A stretch of DNA of 63,888 bases, counting the filler, from Stramenopiles sp. TOSAG23-6 (lineage: Eukaryota), in the NCBI GenBank assembly GCA_900128565.1. It is 4 parts of 4 records of this genome, joined end to end, with 100 filler letters (N's around TTAATTAATTAA, not from the genome) between each part and the next. Parts side by side here need not be neighbours in the genome. Positions count along the whole stretch, not along the records: positions 1 to 15,982 come from LT636101.1; positions 16,083 to 32,007 come from LT636102.1; 2 more parts are not named here. One strand, given 5' to 3'. Shown here piece after piece: positions 14,853 to 24,015 of the stretch. The notes under the pieces were generated by a model that had not been told where the DNA came from, searched no databases, and saw nothing but the letters and a program-made list of their open reading frames with translations. The position numbers were made by a program, and so were the translations under genes. Positions within the stretch are counted from its first letter, which is position 1; every line of letters starts with the position of its first letter.

Positions 14853-15326
14853 CCCTCTACTCTTTATATCTTAGAGTATCTCATTCAAAGTAAGCTTTAT
14901 TTATTTATATGGTGGTCTAAACTCAATTTTAAAATGAATAATATTATAATAATCAATGAAAGTGCGTTTGCAAGTGTATTCCTGTATTTCCTTGGGCAAA
15001 AATGCTCGAAAAATATATGCTCCTCTAAAAAAAATGCGCAATTTATTAATTATCATCTGATAAAGCCGGGCATGTTTGTGCCATATTTTTTTTAGATTTT
15101 GCTCGTCTCGAAGCAGATTCTGGAAAATCTCTTCGCTCGAGCTTCTGGAACCATATCTGTGTGTGTGCAGTAGTAAGAGGTACCAGTTTTGAAAGTATCT
15201 GTTTGATTTTCTCTACAGCATCTATATATAACTCGGTGAATGCACAGCACAGTAGCATATTTATAGATTGGTAAATTTTACTTGTATAATAGATATATTT
15301 GTACCTCTTGATCGGTAAGTGTCAAT

Positions 15327-15929
15327 ATGGGTCGTTTTAGATCTAATCAAGTTCACAGTGATCTTTACACCACTCTGGATGACGTCTCTTATAAAGACTC
15401 TGTTGGTANTAAGGTAACAAAAAAAGATGGCTCTCTTGATGTTGAAAAGCTTTCGAAACAATCAGCGGGCTTAGTTGTTGCGGAAAAATTAACACAACAT
15501 GACCGTTCTACTGCATACTTGAGTAGTGCAGATTGGCATAACTACAGGAAGATTCGTGATAAAGAAGAACTTCGAGTCGCCGCCATGTTTAGTTCTCAAA
15601 ATAAACGAAAAAAAGCAACAGCATTTGATAGACGAAGGGAAAAAAACCGATTAGATGCTGAAGCAAAGACAGCAAAGAATAGAGCGAAACGACAGGCGAA
15701 GAAACTGGCGCGTGCAAAGAAACGTTTAAAGAAAAATTCTGGTGCATCGACTGTTTCTTCCACTACTGCTGCTACAGAAAACATACCAAAAACGGCAGGT
15801 CAGATTGCATATGAAAGAGAATTGGCAAAGAATAAACGTGTTAAAGAAGAAAAGGAAAAAGCTGAAGCTACCAATGCCCTACTTGAGGTGAGGAAAACAA
15901 AATCATGTGAACCTGCGACTGGACGTAAT
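15327..15929 (+). CDS. PRKRIP1: PRKRIP1-like (DUF1168) splicing factor, divergent; 3' part lost in gap
   Basis: S.A..S.DWHNYRKIRDKEELR...F..RRE.N....EAKTAKNRAKRQ.KK matches the family pattern SSAGAGSGEFHVYR..RR.E..R...EE.TAK.R.KRQK.K. Confidence 0.65.
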
Positions 15930-15982
15930 GTATGTTTTATTTTTTTTCAATTTCGATTTTTTTTCGTACGAAATTTTGTACC
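15930..15982 (+). mobile_element. Introner-like intron, 5' half (contig ends inside the core)
   Basis: aat|GTATGTTTTATTTT...TTTCGTACGAAATTTTGTACC then Ns. Confidence 0.75.
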
Positions 15983-16082
15983 NNNNNNNNNNNNNNNNNN
16001 NNNNNNNNNNNNNNNNNNNNNNNNNNTTAATTAATTAANNNNNNNNNNNNNNNNNNNNNNNNNNNNNNNNNNNNNNNNNNNN
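15983..16082. other. Artificial contig spacer N44-TTAATTAATTAA-N44
   Basis: The same 100-nt spacer occurs three times; the linker has stops in all six frames. Confidence 0.95.
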
Positions 16083-16150
16083 TTTTTTTTTCGTACGAAA
16101 TTTTGTACCTAACAAATTTTTTTAGATTTTTTTTGAAATATTTTGCAATT
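16083..16150 (+). mobile_element. Introner-like intron, 3' half (exact end uncertain)
   Basis: TTTCGTACGAAATTTTGTACCTAAC...GAAATATTTTGCAAT followed by Cys-rich coding sequence. Confidence 0.65.
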
Positions 16151-19100
16151 TCCATGTCGATGTGATTGTACAAATACAATGTACAAAGGAGAATTTTGTG
16201 ATGTTTTACAATCCTGCACAACATCATTATTTATACCTCCTGAAAACAACATTCAATTGAAAAAAGTAACAAATTCTTCTGGTGTAGATGTATGTTTTAT
16301 TTTATTTTCAATTTTGATTTTTTTCAATTTCAATTTCAATTTCCAATTTTTTTTTCATAGTAAATTTTGTACCTAACAATTTTTTTTAGATTTTTTTTGA
16401 AATATTTGTCCAAAATACATGTCTCTTGTTTACCTGGTGAGCAATGTAAACATACATGTACAGTTGGTTATACTGGGGGTTATTTACAATGTGGATATAA
16501 TGGAGAGTATAACATTATCAAACCATGTGTAGATATTGATGAATGTAAACAAAATATTGTTGACTGTGGACCTGGTGGAATTTGTTGGAACAAGCCTGGT
16601 GAAATTAATAAAAAATATTATTGCAAATGTCCTGTAGAAGGGTTTCATCTAGAGGCTTCAAGTGAAAAATGTGTTCGATCAAAATGTACTAAAGCACAAA
16701 ATACAAATATTAATATTGGCCAAATTAGATGTATTAACGGCCAAGTGAATGGAACGACTGGCAACTGTTTTTGTGTATGTAATTCTGGATATACTGGACA
16801 AACCTGTGAGGAAACAACCACATGTACATTAGATCAATATTCTTGTAAAAATGGTGGTGAATTAAGAGACACAAATGTATCAGGCGCGCCATGTTCATGC
16901 AATTGTAAATACATTCCATTTACTGGACAATATTGCGAGATACCAATGTCTTGTTCACTAGAAAAAAGTGAAATTGATCCAGGTAAACATATGACGTTAG
17001 TGAATGAATGTAAAACAGGTTTTCAATGTCAACATACATGCGATGATGGATATACTGGAGGTGTTCTAAAATGTTCAACAACTGGACGTCTTATCGTTGT
17101 ACAGCCATGCATTGCTACAAATGTTTGTATTACGAAAAAGTGTAACAGTGATAATACAAGTTGTGAAGAGGAAAAATTGTGCGGAGATCATACGTGTCTT
17201 CCTATTTATGATACAAAGCTTAAAAAGCCATACACATGTAGTTGTAAGTCCTTCTATGAACTAGATAACACCGGTCAATGTCAGAGAATCAAGTGTTACG
17301 AACATAATGTCACTGATGTATCAAAAGGTCAAATTTATTGTGGGAGTCATGGGAAACCTGAAGATTATGCTGGACGTTGTTGGTGTAAGTGTGACTCGGG
17401 CTGGAGTGGCAGACATTGTAATTTAGAAATGAGATGTTCGATTACCCCAAAGAATGAAAAGAATGAAGATATTCATCCTTTTTATATTTTACCCTGTAAA
17501 CATGGGTCTATTGAAGCAACAAATGATGACGATGATCCATGTAGATGTGAATGTGGAGAATTGCCGTATTATGGGAAACATTGTAACAAAAGAATTTCAT
17601 ATAGTTATAATGAAGAGACTGGACAAAAAAAATGTTGTAGTGATTTTACAGCAAAATGTTTAAGTTGTGAGAAAAATATGAATATTGAAGAATTTTGTGA
17701 ATCCTGTAGTTATACAAACAATGCAAATGAAAAAGAAAATTGTTTTACCGTGTGTGAAGAGTTTCAAACTGACCATGATGATGATGAAGATGATGATGAA
17801 GATGATTATGAAGAGAATGAATGGCATTCAGATGAGAGTGATGAGGAGGAGGATTACAGTGATGATGATGATGATGATGATGAAACTGATGATGATGATG
17901 ATAATAAAACAATGTCTAGCAGACCAAAGAGTCAAAAAGTGGATGATGGAACATTTAGCTCAACTAGTAACAATTCTAATACTAAAAGTAACCAAAATAT
18001 TGAAGATTTACAAATCGATTCAACATATAAAAATTATAAAAATTCAACAAGTTCTGCAAAACCACCTCCACAAATGATTGCAAAAATTACACTAGACTAT
18101 GAAGAAACGTATAGTGCGGCTAAGAATTACACATCGTTTCTTGAATCTATTGTCTTGTCTTTAGAGAAAAAAGGAATGAATGTTATCAATGGAATAAATG
18201 GTATATCTATTATTGAAGCTTCAATAAAAGTTATATTTGATGTTGCTGCAAGAACGAAATCAAGAGAAAGCGTCTCGGGTAATAGTGTTGCTAAATATGT
18301 TTTAAAGAACTTACAAGAAAGTGGTGTTAAAACAAATGTAAAAACGTCTGTTCTAGTGACGGATGTGTCAATACAATACTATAAAAATAAGCAAGGATAT
18401 TGTGATAATGCTGAACCGGGTATCACAGCAAATATGTATGTTGTACCTTTTTTTTTTTTTTTAAATATTTTTTTACACGAAATGCAAGAAATACAAGAAA
18501 TACAAGAAATATTTTTTTTTTTTAATTCTGAAAATGTCTACACAATTCTATACCTAACAAAACAAAATCAAATGTTTGATATATTGTCCAAAAATACATG
18601 AATATTGAAAACATACCCTTAAACGGATGCGATGGGACACAAGCAGGTGATTCGTGTGAACATAAGTGTAAACCTGGTTATATCAATGGTAAAATTACAT
18701 GTGGAACTTCTAGAGTATTTATGTACGTTTCCATGATGAAATTCTTTTTTTTTTTTTTTTTTTTCGTACGAAATTTTGTACCTAACAAATTTTTAATTTT
18801 TTTTCAAAAATATTTTTTCATCAAATAGAGTCACAAGCTGTGTGTACTCAAAAAATAATGACAAGAATGATGAAAATAATAAAACACCTAATACTCCACA
18901 AAATTATACAGATGCGTATAAACAAAATCCTATGGTGAATACGGAAGATAGTGCAATGACAAATATTGTCATTATTGGTATGTTTTTTTTACAAAAACAT
19001 TTTTATTTTTATTTTTTTTTTCATACGAAATTTTGTACCTAACAAAAAAACAAAAAAAAATCCAAACATTTGAAATATTTTTCTACAATATAGGTTCAGC

Positions 19101-19632
19101 ATTCGGTATTTTATTAGGTATTATTATTTATTCAAGAGCTACTGGATGTGGAGAAAAACAAAAAACACATCCTACCCCTAACCCTAATGATCAAACAATT
19201 CCAACAGCAAAGATTTATCCTGCTGTAATTGAATTATCATCACCAAATTATAATACGTCTACGTATCCAGATTTATGGCAATATGCTACCCCAAACCCTA
19301 ACCCTACGGATATTTTGTATACTCCTGAATTTTTTAATAATCCTAACCCTACTACTCATCGTCAACAATATGGACGTGGCAGACATCATCATAATATTGG
19401 TAGAATTGTTCCATTACATGCCTCTTCTATAGCTCAAGTATTACCAAGTGATGCAGTTGTATTTCCAGTGCCTATGAATACTACACGAAATACAAAAAAT
19501 ACACGAAATACAAAAAATAAAAGTAAACAAAATGATGACTTGGTTGTAGAAGAAATTCATAGAGGTGATACAAGTCATCTTTCAGAGGATTCACAAAGTG
19601 ATTATTATTCAGCCGATGAAATGTATGCATAA
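16151..19632 (+). CDS. EGF/sushi-like repeat single-pass membrane protein with acidic tract (5'-partial; exons ~16151-16289, 16421-18435, 18600-18722, 18829-18977, 19094-19632)
   Basis: Many EGF motifs (DIDEC...CGPGG.C.N; C.C..GYTG..CE), C.H.C..GY.GG.L.C repeats, a D/E tract and a TM segment IVIIG|SAFGILLGIIIY rebuilt across an intron. All four junctions are in frame. Confidence 0.8.
16290..16420 (+). mobile_element. Introner-like intron GTATGT...CAAAATACAT (AT/AT repeat)
   Basis: Removal gives GVD|VSCLPGEQC; the internal TAG 31 nt upstream is out of frame. Confidence 0.8.
18436..18599 (+). mobile_element. Introner-like intron GTATGT...AAAATACAT (AT/AT), degenerate core
   Basis: Branch-like TATACCTAAC; removal gives ITANM|NIENIP in frame; the first downstream AG is out of frame. 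Confidence 0.7.
18723..18828 (+). mobile_element. Family intron with canonical ends GTACGT...CAAATAG
   Basis: Perfect core; removal gives RVFI|VTSCVYSK. Confidence 0.85.
18978..19093 (+). mobile_element. Family intron with canonical ends GTATGT...CAATATAG
   Basis: Core CATACGAAATTTTGTACCTAAC; removal rebuilds the TM helix. Confidence 0.85.
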
Positions 19633-19823
19633 AAAATATTGAAAAATTATAAAATAAAAATATTGAAAAAAATATATTGAAAAAAATCAATAATGGTGTT
19701 TCTTTTTTTTATTGACAAAAACAACCAATGCGGGAAATAAACTAAAATCATTGATATGAAATCTATATCAAATCAACAAATGTCGATATCGTATCAGGTT
19801 GAACAGGTCATTTGTAAATTAAA

Positions 19824-21668
19824 TCATATATAGGCGTCATCAGAACTGTAATCAGAGTCAAAATCATTTGCATGCTCATCAAGGAATTCTTGTGCTGTAA
19901 TTATACCAGCATTTGCAGATTTAGTACACCAATAAAAAGCTTGTCTTCTGTTTTCAGCAACACCAAAACCATAAAAATAACAAACACCAAGTTCACATTG
20001 TGCTTTACTATTACCAGCATTCGCAGATTTAGTAAACCACTTGAAACCTTCTTTTTTGTCTTCGGCAACACCTTCTCCATTACAATAGCAAATACCAAGC
20101 ATGACTTGTGCGTCATTATTACAAGCATTTGCAGATTTCATAAACCACCTGAAACCTTCTTTTTTGTCTATAGCAACACCTTGACCACTAAAATAGCAAT
20201 TACCAAGAAAATATTGTCCAAAACTATTACCTAAATTAGCAGATTTCATAAACCATTCAAAAGCTTCTTTTTTGTCTTCAGCGACACCATCACCAAAATC
20301 ATAGCAATTACCAAGTTGAAATTGTCCAAAACTATTACCTAAATTAGCAGATTTAGTATACCACTTTAAAGCTTCTTTTTTGTCTACAGCAACACCATGA
20401 CCATCATCATAGCATACACCAAGATTTAATTGTCCCATACTATTACAGAGATTAGCAGATTTAGTATACCACTTGAAAGCTTCTTTATGGTCTTCTGCAA
20501 CACCACGACCATATTGATAACATCTTCCAATATAACATTGAGCATAACTATAATCACTATTATCCATAAACATCTTAAATGTTTTTTCATCATCCGTTTT
20601 ATAACCATTCCATTCCAAATATTTACAGATAGCAATAGCCGTTGGAAAACCAGCAATAGCTGCGGATTCAATCATTCGTTGTCCATTTTCTTTATCAAAT
20701 TTCTGAAAGTCTATACCAGAGTGTTTTGCAATACCAAGTTCAAATAAATTCTGTGCACCTTTATTTTCAATCTTCTGACGTTTCACTGCACTATTAGATG
20801 ATGATGATCTAGATTTTCGTTTTTTCCCACGCCTACGACTATTTGATGCTACAGGTGGTACATTCTCATCAATTGTATCATCCAAAGGTTCCATTACAGC
20901 AGATAGTCTTGTCTCCTCTTCTTGAAATGTTTTTGTCAACTTTTTTAAACTGTTCAAACGATCAGTTTGTTTCTTCTGTGCTTCAACAGCTTTATTGTAT
21001 ATTTTTTGAGCATCTTCAATAGCTTCCTCTACCTTTTCCATATTTGTTTTTGCAGCTTCAAGTCGCTTCTTTGCAGCTGCTAATTTCTTCTTTGCCTTTT
21101 CAAATGCAGCCTTTGCTACTTTGACTGTATTGTCCTCTTTTATCTTGGCTTCTAAAACAACAACAGATTCTTCATTGACTTTTCTCATTTCTCGAAACCT
21201 CATTTTTTTTTTAATTCCCTCATGATGTTTCTCTTTACACATCACTTGTAGTGAACCCAACAATGATTCAACTTCTTTCGTAACGTTGTCTTCTGGTATT
21301 ATTTTCTTGAGACGTGACATTTGAAGAATGCAAGTGTCAGACTTTGTCACCAATTCAATTATTTCTGTAATTGTCTCAATAATTCCTTGAAAATTCTTTG
21401 CTTGGAAACACTTCCATAATAGCGAATCAATGTCAATTCCCTCATCATGTTTTCGTTGCCATTCTATACACTGTGATTTCATACGAACGTTTGGCACAAG
21501 ATTTTTATGCGGCAACACTTCATTTGTTACAGGCGACGTATTTTTTGTACGAAAATGCATCAAAATTGCAGCTCGTTCATATGTTTGACCATCAGCGGTA
21601 ACCACTGGATCTTCAAATAATACACGTGTTATCGGGCATAATAGGTCATTGGGTGTTTCTTGCTGCAT
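19824..21668 (-). CDS. U-box + coiled coil + SEL1-like repeat protein
   Basis: PNDLLCPIT..LFEDPVVTADGQTYER...TSPVT....L.PN U-box; about 6 AQ..LG.CY..G.GV..D..EA..W..KSA..G repeats. Confidence 0.9.
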   Translation of the reverse strand: MQQETPNDLLCPITRVLFEDPVVTADGQTYERAAILMHFRTKNTSPVTNEVLPHKNLVPNVRMKSQCIEWQRKHDEGIDIDSLLWKCFQAKNFQGIIETITEIIELVTKSDTCILQMSRLKKIIPEDNVTKEVESLLGSLQVMCKEKHHEGIKKKMRFREMRKVNEESVVVLEAKIKEDNTVKVAKAAFEKAKKKLAAAKKRLEAAKTNMEKVEEAIEDAQKIYNKAVEAQKKQTDRLNSLKKLTKTFQEEETRLSAVMEPLDDTIDENVPPVASNSRRRGKKRKSRSSSSNSAVKRQKIENKGAQNLFELGIAKHSGIDFQKFDKENGQRMIESAAIAGFPTAIAICKYLEWNGYKTDDEKTFKMFMDNSDYSYAQCYIGRCYQYGRGVAEDHKEAFKWYTKSANLCNSMGQLNLGVCYDDGHGVAVDKKEALKWYTKSANLGNSFGQFQLGNCYDFGDGVAEDKKEAFEWFMKSANLGNSFGQYFLGNCYFSGQGVAIDKKEGFRWFMKSANACNNDAQVMLGICYCNGEGVAEDKKEGFKWFTKSANAGNSKAQCELGVCYFYGFGVAENRRQAFYWCTKSANAGIITAQEFLDEHANDFDSDYSSDDAYI

Positions 21669-22064
21669 TATTTCTACGTAGCTAGAGATAAATTATATTG
21701 TATCGTATCGTGAGAGAGAGAGAGGACAAAAGTAGACTCAAAAAAATCGAAATTTCAATTTGAAATTTGAAATTTGAAATTTTGGTCAAAATTTTAAATA
21801 CTATTTGAATTTTTCAACCCTAACCCTAATCGGATCGGGAAAAAAATGAAACTTTAAAAGGAAATTTCATGTATATATTATTACCAAACAAAAATTTCAA
21901 TGAGTATTGTACAATACATAATAAATAACTAGAATTGTTTACATGATGATTAGGGTTAGAGCTACCGATGTTTCTTTTTATTTATAAAACACCCCAATAA
22001 TAAATTAAAATTATTAATATGAAATCCAATATAGATTAGATTATTATTTTTAGATATATATTTT

Positions 22065-23846
22065 CTAAATAGTGTAGTTTAATATAAATTGAACATTTGA
22101 TTCTTCATCATCATTAGAGACAATTTCTTCATCAAATTTACTTTGTTGTTGTTGTTGCGACTGTGAACTTCGTCTATTACTTGCTTCAACTTTAAGTGCA
22201 GTGACTTTCACTAGGGTACTTTTAGATACTTTTTGATAACAACCACCCACTGGGCATATTACCGAGGCCTTATTCCTCAGCATATGATATATACCCCACT
22301 TATTATAACGATGACCACATAACAAGTTCTGTAGAGGTTCACACCAATCAAGCAGTGTAATTGGACACTTTCTTTGTGTAGTACCAGAATGCCTATAACC
22401 TGCATTAGCCGATTTCATAAGCCACTTGAAAGCTTCTTTTTCGTCTTTATCAACACCATCACCATATTGATAACAATGACCAAGCTTAAATTGTGCTTCT
22501 GTATTACCAGCATTTGCAGATTTCATAAACCACCTGAAAGCTTTTTCTTTGTCTTTAGTGACACCAAGACGAAGACCATAATAATTACCAACTTTACATT
22601 GTGCTTTGCTACAACCTGCATTTGCAGATTTAGTATACCACTTAAAAGCTTCCTCTTTGTCTACAGCAACACCATGACCAAAGTGATAACATCTTCCAAT
22701 ATAACATTGCGCATAACTATAATCACAATTATCCATAAACATTTTAAATGCTTTTTCACGATCCTTTTTATAACCATTCAAACCCCAATATGTACAATAT
22801 GCAATAGCCGTTGGAAAACCAGCTAAAGCTGCAGATTTAATCATTAGTTGTCCATTCACTTTATCAAATTTCTGAAAGTCTGTGCCATAATATTTTGCAT
22901 AACCTTGTTCAAATAAATTCTGTACACCTTTATTTTCAATCTTTTGACGTTTCATTGCACTATTAGATGACGATGAACTTGTTTTTCTCTTCTTTCCATA
23001 ACTACTACCACCATTTGATACTTCAAGTGGTACATTCTCATCAATAGTATCATCCAAAGGTTCCATTGCAGCAGATAGTCTTGTCTCCTCTTCTTGAAAT
23101 GTTTTTGTCAACTTTTTTAAACCGTTCAAACGATCAGTCTGCACTTTTTGTGCTTTAATAGCTTTACTACATATTTTTACAGCATCCGAAATAGATGTTT
23201 TTAACTCTATGATATTTTTTTTTGCTGCTTGAAATTGTTGCTCCACTGCTGGCCATTTCTCCTTTAGCTCTTTAAGTACAGCACGTGCTTTTATTACATC
23301 ATTCATTTCTTTCCCCTCAATCTTCTCTTTTAAAACAACAACGGATTCTTCATTGACTTTTCTCATTTCTCGCAACCTCAAAATTTTTTGAACTCTCTCA
23401 TCATGTTTCTCTTTACACATCACTTGAAGCGTATCCAACGCGGATTCAACTTCTTTTGTGACCTTGTCTTCTGGTATTATTTTCTTAAGACGTGACATTT
23501 GAAGAACGCAAGTGTCAGACTTTGTCACCAATTCAATTATTTCTGTAATTGCCTCAATAATTTCTGTAGGATTCTTTGCTTGGAAACACTTCCATAATAA
23601 CGAATCAATGTCAATTCCCTTATCATGTTTTCGTTTCCATTCCATACATAGCGATTTCATACGAACGTTTGGAACGAGATTTTTATGCGGCAACACTTTA
23701 TTTGTTACAGGCGACGTATTTTTTGTACGAAAATGCATCAAAATTGAAGCACGTTCATATGTTTGACCATCAGCGGTAACCACTGGATCTTCAAATAATA
23801 CATGTGTTATTGGGCATAATAGGTCATTGGGTGTTTCTTGCTGCAT
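22065..23846 (-). CDS. U-box + SEL1 repeat paralog with C-terminal SP-RING (Nse2/Mms21-like) finger
   Basis: N-terminus nearly identical to the 19824-21668 gene; about 3 SEL1 repeats, then KCPIT....EPL....CGH.Y....I..........CPVGGC. Confidence 0.85.
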   Translation of the reverse strand: MQQETPNDLLCPITHVLFEDPVVTADGQTYERASILMHFRTKNTSPVTNKVLPHKNLVPNVRMKSLCMEWKRKHDKGIDIDSLLWKCFQAKNPTEIIEAITEIIELVTKSDTCVLQMSRLKKIIPEDKVTKEVESALDTLQVMCKEKHDERVQKILRLREMRKVNEESVVVLKEKIEGKEMNDVIKARAVLKELKEKWPAVEQQFQAAKKNIIELKTSISDAVKICSKAIKAQKVQTDRLNGLKKLTKTFQEEETRLSAAMEPLDDTIDENVPLEVSNGGSSYGKKRKTSSSSSNSAMKRQKIENKGVQNLFEQGYAKYYGTDFQKFDKVNGQLMIKSAALAGFPTAIAYCTYWGLNGYKKDREKAFKMFMDNCDYSYAQCYIGRCYHFGHGVAVDKEEAFKWYTKSANAGCSKAQCKVGNYYGLRLGVTKDKEKAFRWFMKSANAGNTEAQFKLGHCYQYGDGVDKDEKEAFKWLMKSANAGYRHSGTTQRKCPITLLDWCEPLQNLLCGHRYNKWGIYHMLRNKASVICPVGGCYQKVSKSTLVKVTALKVEASNRRSSQSQQQQQSKFDEEIVSNDDEESNVQFILNYTI

Positions 23847-24015
23847 TATTTCTACGTAGTTAGATCAATTATATTGTATCGGGAGAGGAAAGAGGGTAAA
23901 AAAGCAACCTTGGCCAAAACTCGAAAAAGTCGAGACTCGAGGTCAAATCGGTCAATCAAAAAAAACAAAAAATCAAATCGGCCAATAAAATCCGAAATTC
24001 ATTTATTTTTGTAAT

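Noticed and set aside
2461-14874. Many short nested or antisense ORFs
   Set aside because: Shadows of the long real CDS with no motifs.
16027-16038. TTAATTAATTAA palindrome occurring three times
   Set aside because: Always centred in identical N-runs: an artificial contig linker. Neighbours across it are not real synteny.
16387-16389. TAG shortly after CTAAC as the true acceptor
   Set aside because: It leaves 31 nt (frameshift) at both 16389 and 49356, and it is absent from many copies.
16288-16418. Interpretation as ordinary U12 AT-AC introns
   Set aside because: No ATATCC donor or TCCTTAAC branch; branch-to-end distance is ~35-50 nt; several copies have CT, TT or AA rather than AT in that register. 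A shifted register itself remains possible.
17775-17905. GAT/ATG microsatellite and poly-Met alternative ORF (17685-18077)
   Set aside because: It is the acidic D/E tract of the EGF protein read in another frame.
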